Part shown: positions 44,927 to 53,532 of the stretch, piece after piece
How the letters are laid out: each line of letters begins with the position of its first letter
Position numbering within the stretch: position 1 is the first letter of the stretch
Assembly (NCBI GenBank): GCA_016192205.1
Contig: JACPUP010000029.1
Span: 1 to 55,578, forward strand
Origin: Candidatus Kerfeldbacteria bacterium
GTDB taxonomy: Bacteria; Patescibacteriota; Patescibacteriia; SBBC01; JACPUP01
Reading direction: 5' to 3'
Length of the DNA stretch: 55,578 nt
Notes under the pieces: generated by a model
What the model was told of the DNA's origin: nothing
Database searches by the model: none
Seen by the model: only the letters and a program-made list of their open reading frames with translations
Program-made: the position numbers and the translations under genes

Positions 44927-45966
44927 AACGTCGCCTCCGCCTCGGCATCCTCTTCGGTGGCCGTTCGGCCGAGCATGAGATCTCCATTGCGTCGGCCCGG
45001 TCCGTCCTCCAGCACCTGGATCGGGCACGGTTCGACGTCGTGCCGATGGTCATTCGCCGTGACGGACGTTGGGTGACCGGTCCAGCCGCCCGGCAGCTCC
45101 TGGAGGGTCGCATGACGCCAGAACAGGGGGGTCGAGCGCTCGCCCAGGGGCCGTCGCCCGCTGATCCAACGCGTGGTTTGGATGTCGTGTTCCCCATCCT
45201 GCACGGCCGCGACGGCGAAGACGGCACGGTCCAAGGCATGCTGGAGCTCTTCGACGTGCCGTACGTCGGTTCAGGGGTACTGGCGTCAGCGCTCGGCTTG
45301 GATAAACTGCGGAGTCGCCGGTTATTCCGAGACGCCGGTCTCCACGTGCCGCGAACCATCGCCCTCTCTCGTCCGACGGTGAACCAAGCCACGCGCGCGG
45401 TTCGCTCGCTCGGACTGCCCGTCTTCGTCAAACCGAACCAGAGCGGCTCCAGCATCGGCGTCACGCGCGTTCAGGCGCTCACCGAACTCGCCACCGCCGT
45501 CCGCACGGCCCGGGAACACGACGATGACATTCTCATCGAGCAAGGCCTCCCTGGCCGGGAATTGACCGTGGCCGTCCTCGGCGACCGCAAGCCCCGCGCG
45601 TTACCCGTCATTGAGATCGTCCCCACGCATGGATTTTTCGACCTGTACGCCAAATACCGCGGAGTCGCGGCTGGCGAGACGCTGGAGCAGTGTCCGGCGA
45701 ACATCCCCGTCGCCGTGGCACGGCGCGTCCAGCACGCGGCCATCGCAGCGCACACGACACTCGGCTGCCGCGGTCTCACGCGGACAGACTTGATCCTCTC
45801 GCCGCGTGGCCGACTGACCGTCCTCGAGCTCAACACGATCCCAGGCTTCACTGCCGAGAGCCTGGCGCCGAAGTCCGCCCGCGCCGCTGGAATCCCGTTC
45901 ACGGCGCTTCTGAACCGGCTGATTGACGATGCCCTCCGAAGGTCGCGTCGGGGACGGAGCCGCTAG
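44923..45966 (+). CDS. ddl: D-alanine--D-alanine ligase
   Basis: LGILFGGRSAEHEISIASA, HGRDGEDGTVQGMLE, LELNTIPGFT. ATGA overlap with alr. Confidence 0.93.
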   Translation: MKRRLRLGILFGGRSAEHEISIASARSVLQHLDRARFDVVPMVIRRDGRWVTGPAARQLLEGRMTPEQGGRALAQGPSPADPTRGLDVVFPILHGRDGEDGTVQGMLELFDVPYVGSGVLASALGLDKLRSRRLFRDAGLHVPRTIALSRPTVNQATRAVRSLGLPVFVKPNQSGSSIGVTRVQALTELATAVRTAREHDDDILIEQGLPGRELTVAVLGDRKPRALPVIEIVPTHGFFDLYAKYRGVAAGETLEQCPANIPVAVARRVQHAAIAAHTTLGCRGLTRTDLILSPRGRLTVLELNTIPGFTAESLAPKSARAAGIPFTALLNRLIDDALRRSRRGRSR

Positions 45967-45967
45967 C

Positions 45968-46966
45968 ATGCTGCGGCGGAGATCCGGCCGCTCGTTCGTG
46001 CAACGTCGCGTTCCCCGTGAGCGCCTCCCGACAGCGCAACCACCTCGGCGCATCCCCGGACCGCTGACCGACCTCGCGGTCATCGTCACCCTCGGACTCC
46101 TGTTTTTGATTGTCTCGCTCCTGCCACCCTTCCGCCTTTCAGCCATCGAGGTGAGCGGCACCAAACGTTTGCGACCGGAGTACGTCGTCGACATTGCCCG
46201 ACAGCTCATGGGGCAACGGCGTTTGGGCATTCTGCCGAAGAGCTCCTACTTCTATTTCGATCCAGCCCAACTCCAGGAACAGCTCACCGCGAACCTCCAA
46301 CAGTTCGTCCCACTCGACGGCATAATCGTCACGAAGCGCTTCCCTCGGTTCGTCGCCATTGCGGTCCGGGAACTCGAGCCCGCTGCCATTTTAGTCGTCG
46401 GTGACGTTCCATTGCTCATCGATGCACACGGTACGTTGACCGGGGAGGGGAGTGAGGCCGATGTCGCGTCGCTGCCCACCATTGAGGAAACGAACGCGGT
46501 GCTCCTTCAATCCGGCGATCAAGCCCTGGCACCTTCAGTGACGGCTGCGGTCGGGCCGATCCGCGACGCCCTTACGGTCCGGGGTCTTGACCCCATAACC
46601 TTTGCCACCCCTCAACTGCGTTGCCCATTCGAAAACCCGAATGACCAGCCGCTGACTATCGAGCCGCAGCCCATCGATGAGGAAACGGCAGGGGATGCCG
46701 ACGCCAACACGAACCTGTCAATCGAAAAGGTCCTACCAGCGCCGGCACCAATCGCCGAGCAGCTCTGCGACCTTTCCGCCGCGCTGAAAGCCACGACCGA
46801 GCTCGAGGTCAGGACCGGCGAGGGGTGGAGGGTGCACTTGGATACGAGCCGGCCGTTTGAGCAATCACTCGATGCGCTCTTCCTGGCTCTCAACAACAAA
46901 CTCCGCGACCGGACGTCGCTTCACAGGATTGATCTGCGCTTCCTCCCGCGTCTTTACTATCAGTAG
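45968..46966 (+). CDS. ftsQ: Cell division protein FtsQ/DivIB-like (POTRA domain)
   Basis: Start re-set to ATG 45968. TM (LAVIVTLGLLFLIVSLL), POTRA-like IEVSGTKRLRPEYVVDIA, and position after ddl. Confidence 0.7.
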   Translation: MLRRRSGRSFVQRRVPRERLPTAQPPRRIPGPLTDLAVIVTLGLLFLIVSLLPPFRLSAIEVSGTKRLRPEYVVDIARQLMGQRRLGILPKSSYFYFDPAQLQEQLTANLQQFVPLDGIIVTKRFPRFVAIAVRELEPAAILVVGDVPLLIDAHGTLTGEGSEADVASLPTIEETNAVLLQSGDQALAPSVTAAVGPIRDALTVRGLDPITFATPQLRCPFENPNDQPLTIEPQPIDEETAGDADANTNLSIEKVLPAPAPIAEQLCDLSAALKATTELEVRTGEGWRVHLDTSRPFEQSLDALFLALNNKLRDRTSLHRIDLRFLPRLYYQ

Positions 46967-47080
46967 GCACATGATATGCGGGGGAGGGGTGAAAACGGTT
47001 TAACAGGGGCGTAGTTATAGCTTAGTGTCGTAAAAGGTACATTTTATGAAGTCTAACATATTCCATATGGGTGGGGTAAT

Positions 47081-47145
47081 GGACTACAGCCTTCCACTCC
47101 TACTTACCTGCGGGTGGAATGAGCAGTCCTCTTTCCTGTCGGAAA
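47081..47145. terminator. Nested hairpins in the AT-rich spacer between convergent genes (possible bidirectional terminator or small RNA)
   Basis: GGACT (47081-47085) / AGTCC (47125-47129) enclose CTTCCAC (47091-47097) / GTGGAA-t-G (47114-47121). TTTCC-tgtc-GGAAA follows at 47132-47145. There is no long U-tract. Confidence 0.3.
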
Positions 47146-47166
47146 TAAAGACGGCGACATGGAACT

Positions 47167-48489
47167 TTACTGCAAATACCCTAATGGATCGACTGGAATG
47201 CCGTTCTCGCGCACCTCGAAGTGCAGGTGCGGTCCGGTCGTCCAAACGCCAGCGCCGGCCGTGCCGGGCAGTGCACCGGACAACCCAATGACGTCCCCCC
47301 GGCTGACGAACGTATCCTCGATGACCTTGACCGAGGACAGGTGCCCGTAGACCGTTGCCAGGCCATCGCCGTGAATGATGGTCACGTAGTTGTAGGCGGA
47401 ACGGGTGATCTCGCCTTGTGCGTTCCGAATCCAGTCGAGCCGGCGCGCAATCGCAACGTAGCCGTCGGACGCGGCCTTGACCGGCGTCCCTGGGGGTACG
47501 CGAATGTCAATGGCCGAGTGCTCGCCGATGCAGTTGCGATTCGTGCCGATGCAACGGAACGGGTAAGTCGGATCGCGGAAGTACGCGCTAATACCATTGT
47601 TGCTGTCGACCGGCCAGCGGAGCGGGCCCGTGCCGAGGATCCCTTCCTCCGGATTTTCGCCGAGCTGCTCGCGGACGCGGCGCTCGAGCGTTGAGATCTC
47701 GGCGTTTATGGCATCGGCTTCGGAACGAATGTCACCGAGGAGTTTTTCGAATTCCGCCTGGCTCGATTGGGTTTGGGTGAGTAATCGGTCTTGGTAGGCC
47801 TTCTGCTCATCCAGAGACTGGCGCTGGACCTCGAGTCGCTCCTTCGTCGTTTCGAGTTCGGCCCGCTTGCCGCCGAGATCCTCCTGGTTGACGCGGAGGT
47901 CGTGCCGCAACGCCACGAGTCGGTTCAGACCGAGTTCGACGTCTGATTGCATCTGGGTCAGATACTGCAGGGCGGAAAAGAACTTGGAGAACGACTGCTC
48001 AACGACGGCAACCTCGAGCATGGACCGCTGCTGCTCACGGTAGTACCGGCGCAAGAAGCTCGACAGCCGTTCGCGCTGGGCCGCAATCTCGTCCTCTTTC
48101 TCGGTAAGCTGCTTTTCGATGAGGCTGATTTCAAGACCGATGGTTGCGATCTCCGTCGCCGTCACCTCCAGGTTTACGGTTGACTGTTCGAGCTGCGTAC
48201 CTAAACGCGACACCTCGTTGGACAAGGTGATGGCCTCGCGCTCCTTCGCCCGAATCGTACCTTCGAACGCTTGCGCCTGCTGCTCGAGCTCTTGCACTTT
48301 CTGCCGGTGCTCGCTGATCTGCTGGTTCAGATCCAGCAGAGACGGGTCAGCGGGTGCGACCACCGGCGTATCCGTTTGCGCACGCACAGCGCCGCCAATG
48401 GTCAGGAAACCGGCGACCACAACCGCGGCTCCGATGAGGAGCACGGAGTGACGTTCACGTTGGTTTTGTGTTCGGGATCGCCCGGGCAT
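47167..48489 (-). CDS. M23-family (LytM/EnvC-like) peptidoglycan endopeptidase with N-terminal TM and coiled coil
   Basis: TM LLIGAAVVVAGFLTIGG. A long Q/E/L-rich coiled coil. M23 motifs HSAIDI, GHLS, GPHLHFEV. Confidence 0.88.
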   Translation of the reverse strand: MPGRSRTQNQRERHSVLLIGAAVVVAGFLTIGGAVRAQTDTPVVAPADPSLLDLNQQISEHRQKVQELEQQAQAFEGTIRAKEREAITLSNEVSRLGTQLEQSTVNLEVTATEIATIGLEISLIEKQLTEKEDEIAAQRERLSSFLRRYYREQQRSMLEVAVVEQSFSKFFSALQYLTQMQSDVELGLNRLVALRHDLRVNQEDLGGKRAELETTKERLEVQRQSLDEQKAYQDRLLTQTQSSQAEFEKLLGDIRSEADAINAEISTLERRVREQLGENPEEGILGTGPLRWPVDSNNGISAYFRDPTYPFRCIGTNRNCIGEHSAIDIRVPPGTPVKAASDGYVAIARRLDWIRNAQGEITRSAYNYVTIIHGDGLATVYGHLSSVKVIEDTFVSRGDVIGLSGALPGTAGAGVWTTGPHLHFEVRENGIPVDPLGYLQ

Positions 48490-48510
48490 TGCAAAACCTC
48501 GCGGAACACG

Positions 48511-48539
48511 AGTATAGCACGGTGTCGGTCTTACCGCAA
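48511..48539 (-). promoter_or_regulatory. Sigma70-type promoter with extended -10 for the M23 peptidase gene
   Basis: On the minus strand: TTGCGG (48539-48534), 17-nt spacer ending in GTGC, TATACT (48516-48511). GAGG lies 7 nt before the ATG. Confidence 0.5.
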
Positions 48540-49988
48540 TGCGTTTAAGCGCTCTTCGGCCACGGACAAACGCTGGAGTGCTTCAGCGCGGTCGAGTAAG
48601 GCGGTGGACTCGTACACGGGCGGGCTCACCGCTTGGCCGGTGATGGCCACGCGCGTGGTCCAGAGCACGCTCGTCCGGTCGCCCACCTGCTGACCAGCTT
48701 GATCGAGCCCTTGCCGAATCGCGTCAACGTTCCAGTGCGCTTCTGGAAGCACCTGCAACGCTTGGCGCGCAACTGCCAGACCGTCACGCGCTTGCGCAGC
48801 CGTGTGCTTCTTGGGTACGAGGAGCCTAGGCTCATAGGGAGGGAGCGCTTCGACAAAACCGATCAGCGCCGGAATATCCGCAAACCGCTTGACGCGCTCG
48901 CGCACAGCCCGGGCGAGCAGTGCGAACCACGGCGGCGGCCGCTCCCCTACCCCGGACGGGATCCGCTTGAGGTACATCTGCACCTGCGCACCATATTCGT
49001 CATCCGAAAACCGTCGCAAGTGCTGCAAGTTCATCCACGCGAGTTTCGTTTCGTCAAACACCGCGCCGGATGGCTGCACGCGTTCCAAGGAAAACGCGTG
49101 GATGAGCTCGTCGAGCGTGAAGAGTTCGCGTTCATCCCCGGGATTCCATCCAAGCAAGGCGAGGAAATTCGCGACGGCTGGCGGCACATACCCTTCGTCT
49201 TGAAACCGCTGGACGGAAAACGAACCGTGACGTTTCGAAAGTTTCGATCGATCCTTCCCCAGCAGCAGCGGCAAATGGGCGAACTGCGGTGGGGCCCATC
49301 CAAACGCCTGGTAAAGACAGAGGTGCTTCGGCAGCGACGGTAACCATTCCTCGCCGCGAATGACGTGGGAAATCTCCATGAGGTGGTCATCGACCACGTG
49401 CGCCAGGTGGTAGGTCGGAAAACCGTCGGACTTCATGAGCACGGTATCGTCAACCGTGCTGGCGGCGAACGAAACCTCGCCACGGATGAGGTCTCGGTGG
49501 GCGAACGTTCCCGATTCAGGGACTTTCAAGCGGATGACGGTCGGGGCCCCGCTCGCTCGGCGCTGCGACCGTTCCTCCTCGGTCAGGTCTCGACAGGTAC
49601 GGTCGTACATGGTGGCCACACTCCCTTGCGCGCGGAGCCGCGCCAATCGCTCGGTCGTGCAGTAGCACTCATAGGCATGCCCGGCGGCAACGAGCGTGGC
49701 CGCATGTTCACGGTACAATACCAGGCGCTCGGACTGGACATACGGTCTATGGGGTCCACCAACGGGCGGCCCTTCGTCCATCGTGATGCCAATCCACGCG
49801 AGCGCATCGAACATCCGCTGGTCGCTCCCGGGAACGAGCCGAGAGCGGTCCGTGTCCTCAATCCGCACGATGAACGTACCGCGATGCTGTCGCGCGAACA
49901 GGTAGTTGAACAGCGCGGTGCGCAAACTGCCGACGTGCGGTTCACCAGTCGGCGATGGAGCGAAGCGAACGCGAACGGGAGCAACCAT
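48531..49988 (-). CDS. gltX: Glutamate--tRNA ligase
   Basis: RFAPSPTGEPHVGSLRTALFNYLFA (HIGH-type), IVRIEDTD, KLSKRHG (KMSKS). Confidence 0.95.
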   Translation of the reverse strand: MVAPVRVRFAPSPTGEPHVGSLRTALFNYLFARQHRGTFIVRIEDTDRSRLVPGSDQRMFDALAWIGITMDEGPPVGGPHRPYVQSERLVLYREHAATLVAAGHAYECYCTTERLARLRAQGSVATMYDRTCRDLTEEERSQRRASGAPTVIRLKVPESGTFAHRDLIRGEVSFAASTVDDTVLMKSDGFPTYHLAHVVDDHLMEISHVIRGEEWLPSLPKHLCLYQAFGWAPPQFAHLPLLLGKDRSKLSKRHGSFSVQRFQDEGYVPPAVANFLALLGWNPGDERELFTLDELIHAFSLERVQPSGAVFDETKLAWMNLQHLRRFSDDEYGAQVQMYLKRIPSGVGERPPPWFALLARAVRERVKRFADIPALIGFVEALPPYEPRLLVPKKHTAAQARDGLAVARQALQVLPEAHWNVDAIRQGLDQAGQQVGDRTSVLWTTRVAITGQAVSPPVYESTALLDRAEALQRLSVAEERLNALR

Positions 49989-49997
49989 ACGGATAGT

Positions 49998-50768
49998 CTA
50001 CCCGACTGCGAAGTCTCGGAGCAATTGCCGGACCCGATCCGCCAGCGCGAGCGCGGGGAACACAACGACCGCCGTGAAGATCCGAGCGACCCGCCGCGGT
50101 TGCTGGAGCAGCCGGTAAAGCCACTCGAGCCCAAGCTGATGCAGAAGACGAGGCGGTCGCGGCACCCGCTGGGACCAGTAATCAAAAGCGCCGCCCACGC
50201 CCATGAACACGGTGACGTTCGGCAGGACTGGCCGCTGGCGAGCGATCCACGCCTCCTGTTTGGGTGCGCCCAGCCCAACGACCACAACGTCAGCCTGGCG
50301 GCTCCGGATGCGGTCGAGCAACCCCTGGAGACCACCGGGGCTGTCACGGCCATCACCGGACTCTGCCCCAACAACCTGCAAGGCCGGGGACAAACGCTTG
50401 AGCTGGTCTGCAGCCGTGGCCGCCACGCCCGGTTCACCGCCAACGAAAAACACGCGCCGACGTGATTGCTCGGCTGCTTCGCACACGTCGAGGAGGAAGT
50501 CGACGCCGGTGATCCGCGTGAGCCGGACGCCCCACAGCAGTCGGGCGGCCAGGATGAGGCCGAACCCGTCGGGCAACCGAAGGTCGGCTGTCTGCAAGAG
50601 ACGACGGAACTCGCGGTCAACAGCCGCCCGCACGCAAAACTCCGGGTTCGGCGTCACGATCATCCGACCACTCCCCTCCTCTTTCAACCACGAACGGACG
50701 CGGGCCGCCGCTGCACTCCTCGATTGTCCGTGAAACGGCACGCCGAGAATCGTACACCGGTCATTCAT
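49998..50768 (-). CDS. WecB/TagA/CpsF-family (GT26) glycosyltransferase
   Basis: ILGVPF...IVTPNPEF...ADLRLPDGFGLILAARLL...VFFVGG...PKQEAW. Confidence 0.85.
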   Translation of the reverse strand: MNDRCTILGVPFHGQSRSAAAARVRSWLKEEGSGRMIVTPNPEFCVRAAVDREFRRLLQTADLRLPDGFGLILAARLLWGVRLTRITGVDFLLDVCEAAEQSRRRVFFVGGEPGVAATAADQLKRLSPALQVVGAESGDGRDSPGGLQGLLDRIRSRQADVVVVGLGAPKQEAWIARQRPVLPNVTVFMGVGGAFDYWSQRVPRPPRLLHQLGLEWLYRLLQQPRRVARIFTAVVVFPALALADRVRQLLRDFAVG

Positions 50769-51277
50769 ACGAGTGACAACCGTTCAAGAATCGTGAACCG
50801 CGGGCCGGCCGCTTCAAGCACGGACGACACGAGGCAGAGCGTACCAACGGTGAAACGGCAATCGGTTGCACGCTGATCCGTCACGGTATCCCGTCCCAAT
50901 CGAGCGAGCGTCACGTGCGGACGGAAGGGCTGGTCGCGGCGTGGCAACCCGAGCGTCGCGGCAGCGGCGTCGACGCGCGCGGCGAGTGTCATGAGTGCCG
51001 GCGACGTCTCAACCACACCGGCGAACGGTTGGCCCGGACGTGGCGGTCCGAAGCCCTTCACCCCCTGGATGGCGAGCGTTACCGCTCCGCTCCCAGTCAG
51101 CGGCGCGAGCGCACTCATGAGCTCATCTGCTGCGAACGGCGCATCGCCGAACCACCGCAGGGTCAGGTGGACGTTGTCGACCGGCACCGGACGCGCGCCT
51201 GACGGCAATGGAACCACGGTCAGGAGTTGCTCAACTGCCGGACGCGGCACAAACAGGGCCAAGAAGCGACGCAACAC
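50765..51277 (-). CDS. thpR: RNA 2',3'-cyclic phosphodiesterase / 2'-5' RNA ligase (2H family)
   Basis: Two HxTx motifs (HLTLRWFG, HVTLARLG). Start re-set to GTG 51277 (V-LRRFLALFVP, the usual family N-terminus). The ORF-track start at 51430 overlaps the divergent gene. TGA overlaps the ATG of the GT26 gene. Confidence 0.8.
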   Translation of the reverse strand: MLRRFLALFVPRPAVEQLLTVVPLPSGARPVPVDNVHLTLRWFGDAPFAADELMSALAPLTGSGAVTLAIQGVKGFGPPRPGQPFAGVVETSPALMTLAARVDAAAATLGLPRRDQPFRPHVTLARLGRDTVTDQRATDCRFTVGTLCLVSSVLEAAGPRFTILERLSLV

Positions 51278-51278
51278 C

Positions 51279-51307
51279 TTGTCAGCATAGCACAGCTGCG
51301 GTATACT
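51279..51307 (+). promoter_or_regulatory. Sigma70-type promoter, apparently leaderless, for the 51315 gene
   Basis: TTGTCA (51279-51284), 17-nt spacer, TATACT (51302-51307), then 7 nt and ATG 51315. Confidence 0.5.
51284..51293 (-). promoter_or_regulatory. Extended -10 element (GTGCTATGCT) for the thpR-GT26-gltX operon, apparently leaderless
   Basis: The minus-strand decamer ends 6 nt before GTG 51277. It is embedded in the spacer of the divergent + promoter. No good -35. Confidence 0.35.
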
Positions 51308-51314
51308 CGAGGAG

Positions 51315-52742
51315 ATGCGACGCGTAGGTTTGAGGATCATCATTGCGCTCCTCGCTGTTGCCGTCACCGCACCGCAGGCGGCGTTGGCATTGAGCTTCGA
51401 CCAGAATCGGATTATCAACGACGAGGACATGACCGGCGGTCTGTTCTCGCTGGCGCAGACGGTTTCGTTTTTGCGCTCGAAAGACGGCTACCTCGGCCAG
51501 AACGCCGAACTCTACGGCCAGCAGATTTACGACGCTGCCATCACGAACGGACTGAACCCGCAGTTCCTCCTGGTCACCATCCAGAAGGAATCGTCGCTCA
51601 TCGAAGACCCTAATCCATCCCAGCACCGCATTGACTACGCCTTGGGCTTCGGCTGCCCGGATACCTCTGGCTGCGACCCCAGCTACAAAGGATTTTCCAC
51701 GCAAATTCTGCAAGCCGCCGGAATATTCCGCGCGTACTTGGAAAAACTCGCGCAAACCGGCAGCACGCATTCGGGTTGGAGCATTGGGCAAGCCAAACGC
51801 ACGGGCGTACCGGGGAGCCGCCTCGGCTGGGAGGTCATCAGTGGACAACCCGTCTACGTCACGCCGGAAAACGCAGCCACGGCCGCTCTGTACACCTACA
51901 CGCCGTGGGTCGGCGGCCATACCCAACCCAACGGCACGTACGTGGGCGCGAACTACAACTTCCGCGTGATCTGGGAACGCTACTTCATTGCGACGCGCAT
52001 CTACCCCGACGGCTCGCTGCTCCGCGGCAAAGGCCAGGCTGGCATCTGGCTCATCAAAGACGGGAAACGCCATCCGTTTCTCTCCCAGGCCGCATTCCTG
52101 GCAAACTACGACTCGCGCAAAGTCATTACGGTCCCACCCGAAGAGCTCGAGCAGTACGAGCGCGGGCCGGGCATCCGCTACGCCAACACATCACTCCTCC
52201 AAGCCCCGAGCGGCGGCATCTACCTGTTGGCCGATGGCTTCAAGCGGCCCATCACGTCCCGCCGGGCCTTCCAACAGGTTGGCTTCAACCCCGAAGAAGT
52301 CGTCAAAGGGGTGACCTGGGACGAACTCGACGCCTACCCAGACGGTGAGCCCATCACCGAGGAGACCGTGTCTCCGACCGGCAAACTCGTCCAGCTCGAC
52401 AACAGCGGGATTGCCTACGTTGACGAACACAACAGTACGCACGCCATCCACTCGAAAGAAATCCTCCGCTCCCAGTTCGGTCGACAGCGGGCCGAGCGCA
52501 TCAGCACCGCAACATTTGAGGCGTTGGCGAGCGGCGAGCCGGTGAAGTTCCGCGATGGCGAGCTCGTCCGGGCGCCCGGCCTGCCGTCCGTCTACCTCAT
52601 CTCCAACGGGGAGAAACGCCCGATTGCGTCCGCCGAAGCGTTTCGGGCGTACCGGTACAGCTGGCGCAACGTCATCACGACCACGGCGCGAGCGCTCGAA
52701 ATCCACCCGACCGGCGAACCACTCGACGTGGTCGCGGAGTAA
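51315..52742 (+). CDS. Secreted protein: lysozyme/glucosaminidase-like N-terminal region plus C-terminal ~35-aa repeats
   Basis: Signal peptide IIIALLAVAVTAPQAALA. GLNPQFLLVTIQKESSL (a Glu-Ser motif of the muramidase/FlgJ type). Four repeats of the form G(I/V)(Y/W)L(I/L)xxGxKRP(I/F)xSxxAF. Confidence 0.6.
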   Translation: MRRVGLRIIIALLAVAVTAPQAALALSFDQNRIINDEDMTGGLFSLAQTVSFLRSKDGYLGQNAELYGQQIYDAAITNGLNPQFLLVTIQKESSLIEDPNPSQHRIDYALGFGCPDTSGCDPSYKGFSTQILQAAGIFRAYLEKLAQTGSTHSGWSIGQAKRTGVPGSRLGWEVISGQPVYVTPENAATAALYTYTPWVGGHTQPNGTYVGANYNFRVIWERYFIATRIYPDGSLLRGKGQAGIWLIKDGKRHPFLSQAAFLANYDSRKVITVPPEELEQYERGPGIRYANTSLLQAPSGGIYLLADGFKRPITSRRAFQQVGFNPEEVVKGVTWDELDAYPDGEPITEETVSPTGKLVQLDNSGIAYVDEHNSTHAIHSKEILRSQFGRQRAERISTATFEALASGEPVKFRDGELVRAPGLPSVYLISNGEKRPIASAEAFRAYRYSWRNVITTTARALEIHPTGEPLDVVAE

Positions 52743-52743
52743 T

Positions 52744-53532
52744 ATGCCGCTGGTTGCGACTGCGCTCCTCCCGCACGCGCCGCTGCTCGCGCCGCACGTT
52801 GGCCGAGAGAACCGCCGGCAGCTCCGGCGGACGTTGGAGACCATCGCGCAGATCAACGCGGAACTGTACGCCCTCAAACCTTCGGTCATCGTCGTGCTCA
52901 CGCCGCATGGCCAGGCTCCGGACGACAGCTTTTTCGTGAACGTTGCCGAAACCTTCTCCCTCGACCTGCGACGATTCGGTGACCTCGAGACGATGGTGAC
53001 GGTGCGCGGAAACCCAACCTTTGCCTATCGGCTGCGCCGGGCCGCCCGCCGTCATCGCCTCCCGGTCACGCTCGGGACCAACCCGGCCGCTGATTATGGG
53101 GTTACGGTCCCGCTCGCATTGCTCACCTCGATCCACGCCCGTGTCTCAGTCATCCCGATCTCCATGACCACGCTGCCGCTGCGCGTCCACGAACACTTCG
53201 GCCGTTTGCTCGCGGACACGACCCACGATCAGCGAGAGCGCATCGCCATCATCGGCTCGATGGAACTAGGACACCATCCATCAGCAGATCAAACGTCCGG
53301 TGCGCGCCGGCACGAATACGACCGACGCGTCGTCCAGGCGATCCGCGAGGGGCAGCTGGCACCGATCATGACGCTCGACGCGCACCTGGTTGAAACAGCC
53401 AACACCTGCGCCCAGCGCGTCCTCGCGACCCTGTCCGGCGTGCTCGGCCAGGATCGGACCCATCCGAGCCAGCTCTCCTACGAAGCGCCGTTCGGTGTTG
53501 GCGAGTTGGCGGCGCTGTTCCCGAGAATCTAA
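52744..53532 (+). CDS. LigB-family (class III extradiol dioxygenase-like / Memo-like fold) protein
   Basis: Start re-set to ATG 52744. ALLPHAP, LTPHG, DYGVTVPL, GSMELGHH resemble LigB-type metal-site motifs. Function unknown. Confidence 0.5.
   Translation: MPLVATALLPHAPLLAPHVGRENRRQLRRTLETIAQINAELYALKPSVIVVLTPHGQAPDDSFFVNVAETFSLDLRRFGDLETMVTVRGNPTFAYRLRRAARRHRLPVTLGTNPAADYGVTVPLALLTSIHARVSVIPISMTTLPLRVHEHFGRLLADTTHDQRERIAIIGSMELGHHPSADQTSGARRHEYDRRVVQAIREGQLAPIMTLDAHLVETANTCAQRVLATLSGVLGQDRTHPSQLSYEAPFGVGELAALFPRI

Noticed and set aside
47046-47291. 81-aa + strand ORF starting in the AT-rich convergent spacer.
   Set aside because: It has no SD. It runs antisense into the 3' end of the M23 peptidase gene. 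Its second half is Arg/Ser/Ala shadow-frame sequence. I found no motif.
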